This document shows positions 37,269 through 44,480 of a DNA stretch of 44,480 nucleotides, piece by piece. The first letter of the stretch is position 1. The number at the start of each line of letters is the position of its first letter. The stretch is from Hyphochytrium catenoides. Its lineage: Eukaryota > Protista > Hyphochytriomycota. A model generated the notes under the pieces. That model was not told the origin of the DNA and ran no database searches. It saw only the letters and a program-made list of their open reading frames with translations. The stretch spans positions 1 to 44,480 of the forward strand of contig FLMG01000670.1 of NCBI GenBank assembly GCA_900088475.1. The letters run 5' to 3'. Position numbers and translations under genes: made by a program.

Positions 37269-39819
37269 TTAGTCGCTCTCTTCGTCTTCCTCGCTCTCCG
37301 ACCAACTTCCAATGTCCTGGACGACGTCTTCTTCGTCTGCAATAATATCTCCAGAGACGGTGTTAGACCGCTTAACTCTGTCTGTGGCATCCTCGTCATC
37401 TTTCTTCTGTTTCTTCTTGCGACTCTTCGTTGCGGGTGCCACCTCGCGCTCCTCCTCCTCCGAAGTTGCAGCATCACTTTCGTCCTCCCGCTGCCTTTTG
37501 GCAGCATTCCGCTTGGCGGCTTCCGCTGAAAGGATCTCGGATTTCTTCTGTCTCTCTGCCTCTAACTTCTGCAGCTTGGCCCGACTCTCTTCTGCTTCTT
37601 TCGCGCAGAACAGCTTCATTTTGTCCAGGTCTTTCGGCCCAAACTCAACGTGGGCTCTCCTGCTTTCTACCACCTTCGATTGTTTCTCCATCCCCTCAGC
37701 TATGCTCTTTGCAGTGGAAGACCATCTAGGAACCTTGCAACTTGAGGCATATTTCCTAAGTTGAGAGCAGGAAACGAGACAGAGCTCGGGAAAAGATATA
37801 CTCCATCGGTATATCTCTACTTCATCAGAGAGAAGCTCGAACGTCCGGGAGACGAGCGCCTCCTTGATTGCTTTGTTATTCAGTGCCTGTGCTTGCAGCT
37901 TCAGAGTCAATGGTAAGTCCAACGGCTTGCCTCCTGTTGACGTCGGCCGCCGCCTTACGTCTGAAGAGTTCAGCACCTCGATGAGATACGGGGACGTAGG
38001 AATGAATTGGTTAGAAGCGACAGCCAGTTGCTGTAGCAAACGGCAGCAATGCAGCCGTAAAGGAAAGTACCGCGCTGTAGGTACCAGCTTGATAGTTCCG
38101 ACGATAACCTGGACGAGAGGATAGAGGAGAGGCCGAAGTTGTCCCTCTTCAGGGTACGCACATAGCACAGCGGCCCACACTTTAAGAGAGTTGTAGAACT
38201 GCCAGTTAAAGATGTTCTTCAGTGCTTCCTTCGTCTTGGAAACAATAGCCTTCCGCAGGTGGATGGCCAGCTGCCTAACATAGACAAAAGCGTGCTGGTA
38301 TGCTGAGGTCAAATCAATCCCAAAGAGGTCTACAACGCAGTTGCCCATTAATGTAAGGCGAGGAAGAGAAGTCTCATTCGTGAACTTTGAGTTCCGCACG
38401 TAAGCGAGGTACATGCCTTTCATACAGTCCTCCACGAATGGGAAGGGCATCTCCATTGCGAGCTGTCTGATCCGTAGGTAGGCTAGCATGGGGACAGAAC
38501 CCATCTCCGCACTGCCCCAGAGGTTGAGCAGAACCTTCAAAAACTTTACCGCTAGCTTGGGGAAAGGGAAGAGGAGGTGTACATATCGTCGTAATGCTTT
38601 CAAGGTGAAGGCAACAATTCCGGGGTCGCTTATGTGCTCTAGAAGGTGGAGATAATCCTTGAAGAAACCTCTGAGAAGAGGATGGATTGCTGGCCACTTT
38701 GGATGCTTCTGAATCTGCTTCTTCTGCTTTTCTGCTTCAAGTTTTTGTGTCTCCTCTCCTTCCTCGACGGCTTCGGACGCGGTAGGGGAAGATATGCCAA
38801 GATGCTTGTCAAAGGCTTGATGGCAATGAAGCAGCACTGTGACCATCAGCTTCTGAAATACTGAAGAACTGGTAATTCGGTACAATGTTATGCCTGTTCG
38901 CTCTTCTTTCTCCCCTGTGTCTCCCATGTGAACACCCTCCCTGAAGGCGTAGAGCATGTGCTTGAGTGCCCTGATGGACGAAGCCTTGATCGCGCTCTTC
39001 TCCAGCTGCTTTATAATAGCAAAGGTCAAGACGACCTCATTGTCTTCTTTGCCCACTTTCGCCTTCTTCTTCTTCTTCGCCTCCTTCTTCTTGTCCACTT
39101 GTTCCTCTTGATCTCCTGCCTCTTCGTCCTCCTCTTCATCTGTGCCTTCAGCACTCGCAGCTTGTTCCTCGTCCTCATCATCTTCGTCTAAATGACCAAA
39201 TTTGAGGAGGTTCTTGTCGTTCTGCGCCAAGAACTTGAAGAACTCTGGATCTTTGCTCTTCAGTGCCTCCAATTCCTTCATGTGGCTGTCCACCTCGTCT
39301 TCCAGCTCTGACTCACTGTTGTCTACTTGCTCCAGATCTTCTTCCTCTTTATGTGTCCTCTTCTTGCGCTTTAGCTCAGCAACAAATGCCTCGTCTTCAC
39401 TATCCATTGTCTCCTTTTCTGCTTCGCTGTCTGCTTCGTCTTCAGATTGATCCTCTGCGCTGTCCCCTTCCGTGTCGGACTCTAAGAAGTCAGCCTTCAA
39501 AAAGTCATCGACATCTAGCTCTTCAACGGCCCTCCGCTTCTTGTCTGCTACGTCTTTGACTCCATTTGTTTCCTCTGAGTCCTCCTCTGCTCAAATAGGC
39601 ATGTCAAAATCATGTCACTATCACCGCAGTCAAGAGCTGGAGAGCTACGGCTTTACCTTCAAACCTTTTCTTCTGCTTTCTGGGGTCATCCTCTGCTTCC
39701 CGTGGGACTCCCTTGCTGTGACCCTTCTTCTTCTTCTGGAACTGTCGGCGGCTTTTGATAGCCTGCGAGAGCTTTCCGCTCGACGCGAACCGCTTAGCCC
39801 GCTTTGATAGCTTGCTCAT
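37269..39819 (-). CDS. NOC2: Nucleolar complex protein 2 homolog; 2 exons, about 826 aa
   Basis: Exons 39819-39657 and 39586-37269. Motifs HMKELEALKSKDPEFFKFLAQNDKNLLKF, AYQHAFVYVRQLAIHLR, IFNWQFYNSL, LRPLLYPLVQV, PTARYFPLRLHC, SISFPEL; acidic N- and C-terminal tracts. Confidence 0.95.
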
Positions 39820-40886
39820 CCTGCCCTCCTGCTCTTCCTCGTTACGTCCTGTCACTAGCACCTAGGACTTCTCTCCGCAGCGGATCTGCTTGTGCTTCTC
39901 AACTCACGCACGCTGTGCTTCTCCTAACAACTACCAAGCCCTGGACATGCACTGAGCTTCACCCACTCTTGCTAACAAGCTCCAGCCCTTGCACTTTGCC
40001 CGTTATGCAAGGACATAATACTAGGGCAGAGCTAGCCGTGAAGGAAGCCTCTCAGTCTTCGTCAAAGCTTCAGATGATGGTCTGGGAAGGGTTCGCTGGG
40101 GCATCAGAACCAACGGCCAGCCATCCCTTCAGACCTCCCCCAGAGGCGGATATCGTAGGAATTTATAACTCCAACGAATATGGGACGTGGGTAGTAGAAG
40201 AAGATAGGGAATTAAAGATTCTCCTGTGGCCGTAACCTTTCGTTGCCGGAAGGATGATTCTGAGGTTGGCGCCCCAGGCCCGCGGCGGAGTCTCGACAAC
40301 AGCCTCTCCAGCGCGGCCCATCATCGGCAGTTAAGGCGCATCATTGTCTCTAAGCCATCACTCTTCGTACGGCCTACCCAGTAGCTAGCCATAAATTATC
40401 AGTGTCTCTCGTCTAGGCCTGTTCCATTTTGAGAGCGCCTGTAAGGATGCATTTGCCTCAACTCAAAGCTGACTCCCCGGGTACGGAGAGGTTAGGGGAA
40501 GTAGTTCTAAGGGCTCCCATTTGCTGTCAATCCAACGACTTCGCTATCACGCTCTCTTGTGGGATACACTTTGTATATGATGGTTACAGAGAGCAATGCT
40601 TCTACTAACTACTGAAGCGACACTGATTAGAAACTCATAAAGTCGTGTCTGGCCCTGACATCTATCGAATCGCAAAGGCACGGACGCAGACAAGCATTCG
40701 CATAGTAGGCTGATGTGCAGTTATTATCAGGTAGATCTATGCTCTGTAGGACCGACGGAATCAAGCGACAGGAGTGCTTGGACCCTCACCCAGTACTTCG
40801 CCTAGGCCACCTAGGACCCCAATGGTCTTCTGACTCTTCGGGTACCATCTTGCCAGGTCTACTCTTTACCACGCTATAGAAGCAAG

Positions 40887-43800
40887 TCATACTCTGTATG
40901 GCCTCCATCTTTGGATCAACAGAGAAAACAGGATTACTGGGAGGGAGGACATGACCTCCGACAGGCCGGCCAGAGTAGGTGGTATGTAGAGCCCTGTCAA
41001 GGGGAAAAGAAGCCCCAATGACAATGGCACTGCAAGAACATTATAGCCAATGGCCCAGGCAAAGTTCAGCTTGATAATCCCCATCGTCCTCCTAGAGAGA
41101 GACAAGACTGAAACAACCTCTTCCATATTGCTCCTCAGGAGTACCACGTCCCCAGCTTGCATTGCAATGTCAGTACCGCTAGCCATTGCGATGCCCACAT
41201 CAGCCTGCACTAAGGATTCAGCATCATTCACACCGTCCCCGACGAATACAACCAACTTTCCTTCTGCCTCCAGCCTCTGCACGATCTTCACCTTCTCTTT
41301 CGGCTTCTTCTCTCCAAATACATTCTCAGTATTGATCTCCACCTGCCGGGCAAGCGCATCACAGGCTCCCTGAGAATCTCCACTGACGATGTAGCAGTCC
41401 ATGCCTTGAGAAATCAGCTCTTTGATGCAAGAACGCACCTCTAACTTCATGACAGATCGCAACGCTATCATGCCCACGAGCAAACTGTCAACTGCCACGC
41501 ATACAATGGTGCAGCCCTGGCGGCTGTAGCCCTCATACCGCCTGACGGCTTCTCCACCTAGCTCGACTCCTTGGTCAGCCAAAAAGCCCCTGGAACCAAC
41601 TACCCAGTTCCTGCTGTCTGTAGCCGCCTTGATACCATGGCCAGGATGCGCCAAGAACTCTCCGACAGTGGCAGGCGGCTGGGACCCAAGAAGATCTCCC
41701 AGTTCCTGGGAACAGTGGCGCTGTATTGCCAGAGCGATGGGATGTTCACTCTGCCTCTCAGCCGCCAGAACGCTTCTCCAGAAGTCTGTCCTCTCCAAGC
41801 CGCTTACCCATGCTTCCACCACCGCAAGCTCCTTCTCTGTCAGAGTCCCAGTTTTGTCAAAGACCACGGTTGTCGCTTTGGATGCTCTCTCCAAGACATC
41901 GCCGCCTTTTATCAGCATCCCAGATCTGGCGGCAAGCGCAGTTCCGACCATAACTGCGCTAGGAGAAGCCAACTGGAAGGCACAGGGGCAGCTGACGACA
42001 AGGACTGATACCGCAAAGCGAAGAGCGAAGGAGAACGGAGCCATATTAGAGGTGGAGATTAGCTTGTATTTTCCTAGAAAGAACCACACGACGAAGCAGA
42101 CAATGGAGAGACACAGAGCCATGGTAGTGATGTACCCAGCCAGCACATCCGCAAGTCTGTCAGTCGACGGCGCCACCTTCTGGGCCTCTTCTACTGCGCT
42201 TACGATCTGTCCCAGGAGGGTTTGGTGTACTGTTCGAGTGGTCCTAATGTATAGCACGCTATAGTGGTTCACAGAGCCACCGAACACTAAGTCTCCCGGA
42301 GCTTTATGAACGGGCCGAGACTCGCCTGTGAGAATGTGCTCATCTACATCGCTAGAGCCCCAAAGGACCATGCCATCAGTAGGTACCATGGCCCCAGGCA
42401 GGACCTTGAGTACATCCTTCACCTGAATGAGCTCCCTATCAATGTCTCGCACCTCACAAGTGGTCAGTTGATGTAGGTCTGGCTCCGCTTTAAGCGCAGC
42501 TTCATTCGCTAGGACTAGAAGTGCCGATGGACACTGAGTCTCAGACATTTCCTCCAGAATCTTGGACGCACGATGTTTGATTCTGACTTCCAGGTATCGA
42601 GCAAGAAGCACTAAAACCACCAGCATCGCACACGACTCAAAAAAGGTCTCAGAGGTCTGATATCCAGCTAGCCCGTAAAGCAGACAGCCTACTGAGTAGA
42701 CGTATGCGACAATGGCAGCCAGAGATACCAGCACGTCCATGTTAGCCTTCTTTGTATACCGAAGCGCTGTTATGGCTCCTCTATGCAGTGGCAACCCGCA
42801 GTAGAAGAGTATAGGCGTAGAGAAGACAAGGCCGACCAGATCGCGATAGGAGAGTCCATGTCCCACCTCCTTTTGTTCCCAGGCCCAGCTGGAGTCAAAC
42901 GTTGGGAGTACAAAGTAGAAAATCACGATAGGCAGAGCCAGTAGAGCGCTAAGGAGCAAGGTATGGAAGAGGTTGTCAATTTGCTCGCTGCTCCCTCCAG
43001 CCTTCTTGGCCCTCCAAGAGGCAACAAAGCTTGCAGCGGAATCCATCCGTTTTACCTCGTCCAGCAGCTCCCTACTGCCAATCATTGAGGGGCTGACTCG
43101 CAGATCTATCAAGCTTCTGACTGCTCCAGATTTGGAGCACTTGGGATCCTCTACACCGGGAGTGAGGCGAAGCTTGGCGAGAACCTTCTCCAGCTTGGAA
43201 GACTGCACAGAGAAACGTAGCGGAATGCCCTCGCCGTCTGCCAGGGTCTCAACTCCAAAGCCTAACTTTACTACCTCTTCATTGATCTGTGACGAGGTGA
43301 TGACCGTGGGCAAGTAAGAGAGGTCTGCCTTCTCATTCATAAAGGTGACTGAGACCGATGTAATGCCATCCACCGACGACAGATGATCCACCACCATGTC
43401 TGCACAGCCTTTGCATGTCATGCCCTTTATCGCTAGCACAAGGTGCTTGCTGTCTCCGTCCGGGGTGGTGGACCCGTAAGTCCTTATCTTCTCTTTATTC
43501 TTTGCTGGCCCAAGAAGGGGAGCAGACTCGCAATCGCGCCCTTTTTCCAGGTCTTCTCTGCAGCAACTTTCCACAGAGACAACCTTTGTCTTTAAGGGCG
43601 CGCAGCAGCTAGACCCTCTGGCGTCCCGAGACGCTCTCTTGCTCGTTTCGCAGCCTCCTTTGCCACTTTTTGAGCTGCAAAAAGCAGAGGTTGGCTTTGG
43701 GGTGCAGCAGGACGAAGGAGCTGTGGCCTGGGGAGAGCTCTTGCCCGTGTTACTCCCAGGACCAGTCGAAGTGGCGGGGCAACAAGTACCAGAGCTTGAG

Positions 43801-44435
43801 CTTGGGGCACAGCACTGACCCTTCTTCACCAATGTAGTTTCTTCGGGGCAGCAGGTGGACTGGGAGGCGCAGCAAGATGTGGGAGCCACGCTGGCATCTG
43901 GACCATTGCCGGCTTCACAGCAGGATGAGGCTCTAGCTGCAGGCAAAGCTCTCGCAGCAGGCACGGCTCCATAGCTCGGTGCAGCTTTACCGGACCCACA
44001 CGCAGCTGAAGGCCTGTTATCTGCGCACTCTAACTCATTTGATGGAGGGCAACAAGATGACTCGCTGGTGGACGGCGCACAGCATCGACTGGCTTCTGGA
44101 TTCTTCCCGGATGCATCTGAAGCGGGTCCGTCCAATGAGCTGTCGGTCCCACAGCAAACTCCTTCCTCCTCCTTCCCGCAGCAGGAATCTTTCACGCCGC
44201 AACAAGCGACCTCTTCTCCTTCTGAGGGCAGTGGCTGGTATTGTCCTCCAACATCAATCTGACTCTTCTGGCCTTCCTGTCCTTTCCCGCCACCACAGCA
44301 ACCACCGCTGCCATTGATCATACGCTCAGACTGAGGCGATGAAGAAGCTAACGTCCTTTGTTCCTCTTGTCTGTCTTCAGCAGCGCAGCATCCTCCTCCC
44401 GCTCGCTTGGAAGCAGCACCGATCTTCTCCGCCAT
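40887..44435 (-). CDS. Intronless P1B-type heavy-metal-transporting ATPase (1182 aa) with Cys-Cys-rich N-terminal extension; Pca1-like last helix
   Basis: One ORF with HMA motif GMTCKGC, NMDVLV, TGES, CPC, phosphorylation DKTGTLT, SEHP, GDGVND, YN, and final helix PTLAGLSEVMSSLPVIL. The transported metal is not established. Confidence 0.95.
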   Translation of the reverse strand: MAEKIGAASKRAGGGCCAAEDRQEEQRTLASSSPQSERMINGSGGCCGGGKGQEGQKSQIDVGGQYQPLPSEGEEVACCGVKDSCCGKEEEGVCCGTDSSLDGPASDASGKNPEASRCCAPSTSESSCCPPSNELECADNRPSAACGSGKAAPSYGAVPAARALPAARASSCCEAGNGPDASVAPTSCCASQSTCCPEETTLVKKGQCCAPSSSSGTCCPATSTGPGSNTGKSSPQATAPSSCCTPKPTSAFCSSKSGKGGCETSKRASRDARGSSCCAPLKTKVVSVESCCREDLEKGRDCESAPLLGPAKNKEKIRTYGSTTPDGDSKHLVLAIKGMTCKGCADMVVDHLSSVDGITSVSVTFMNEKADLSYLPTVITSSQINEEVVKLGFGVETLADGEGIPLRFSVQSSKLEKVLAKLRLTPGVEDPKCSKSGAVRSLIDLRVSPSMIGSRELLDEVKRMDSAASFVASWRAKKAGGSSEQIDNLFHTLLLSALLALPIVIFYFVLPTFDSSWAWEQKEVGHGLSYRDLVGLVFSTPILFYCGLPLHRGAITALRYTKKANMDVLVSLAAIVAYVYSVGCLLYGLAGYQTSETFFESCAMLVVLVLLARYLEVRIKHRASKILEEMSETQCPSALLVLANEAALKAEPDLHQLTTCEVRDIDRELIQVKDVLKVLPGAMVPTDGMVLWGSSDVDEHILTGESRPVHKAPGDLVFGGSVNHYSVLYIRTTRTVHQTLLGQIVSAVEEAQKVAPSTDRLADVLAGYITTMALCLSIVCFVVWFFLGKYKLISTSNMAPFSFALRFAVSVLVVSCPCAFQLASPSAVMVGTALAARSGMLIKGGDVLERASKATTVVFDKTGTLTEKELAVVEAWVSGLERTDFWRSVLAAERQSEHPIALAIQRHCSQELGDLLGSQPPATVGEFLAHPGHGIKAATDSRNWVVGSRGFLADQGVELGGEAVRRYEGYSRQGCTIVCVAVDSLLVGMIALRSVMKLEVRSCIKELISQGMDCYIVSGDSQGACDALARQVEINTENVFGEKKPKEKVKIVQRLEAEGKLVVFVGDGVNDAESLVQADVGIAMASGTDIAMQAGDVVLLRSNMEEVVSVLSLSRRTMGIIKLNFAWAIGYNVLAVPLSLGLLFPLTGLYIPPTLAGLSEVMSSLPVILFSLLIQRWRPYRV

Positions 44436-44480
44436 TTGGTCTAACGATGTGAAGCTCTTACAGAGCTCTTCAGTCTATCC

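Noticed and set aside
39830-40880. ORF 39804-40235 and TGATG motifs suggesting a gene or a box C/D snoRNA
   Set aside because: The ORF has no motif, and there is no exact RTGATGA box with a paired CTGA and terminal stem.
16680-44317. Many antisense and alternate-frame ORFs inside ATR, USP, NAA15, NOC2 and the ATPase
   Set aside because: Typical shadow ORFs of long coding exons.
1-44480. Stop-codon reassignment, introner-type repeated introns, tRNA/rRNA, CRISPR or prokaryotic operons
   Set aside because: All conserved genes translate in the standard code once spliced, the introns show no mutual similarity by eye, and no such RNA or array signatures were seen.

Overview
Gene-dense eukaryotic nuclear DNA with short spliceosomal introns (mostly 50-250 nt). 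It is probably a stramenopile, inferred from the look of the NDPK, ATR and Tudor-like segment and not proven. The ORF track breaks most genes into pieces, so I rebuilt exon chains by hand with splice-phase checks. Recognisable genes: a mitochondrial-type nucleoside diphosphate kinase (+), MCM10 (+), ATR kinase (-), a USP32-like deubiquitinase (+), NAA15 (+), NOC2 (-) and an intronless P1B-type heavy-metal ATPase (-). There is also an unassigned 12-exon coiled-coil gene (-). Two further genes are not represented as genes in the ORF track: a 2-exon, 169-aa protein with two tandem FtsK-gamma-like helix-turn-helix repeats (4409-5001, +), and a tentative 7-exon ELP6-like gene (31470-32509, -). Highlights are the tandem-HTH protein, the P1B ATPase (15 Cys-Cys pairs at the N-terminus and Glu in place of the canonical Cu(I)-ligand Met, resembling fungal Pca1), and a Tudor-like module inserted in the USP catalytic domain. 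I found no tRNA, rRNA, CRISPR array or intact transposon, and no clear multi-gene novel system.
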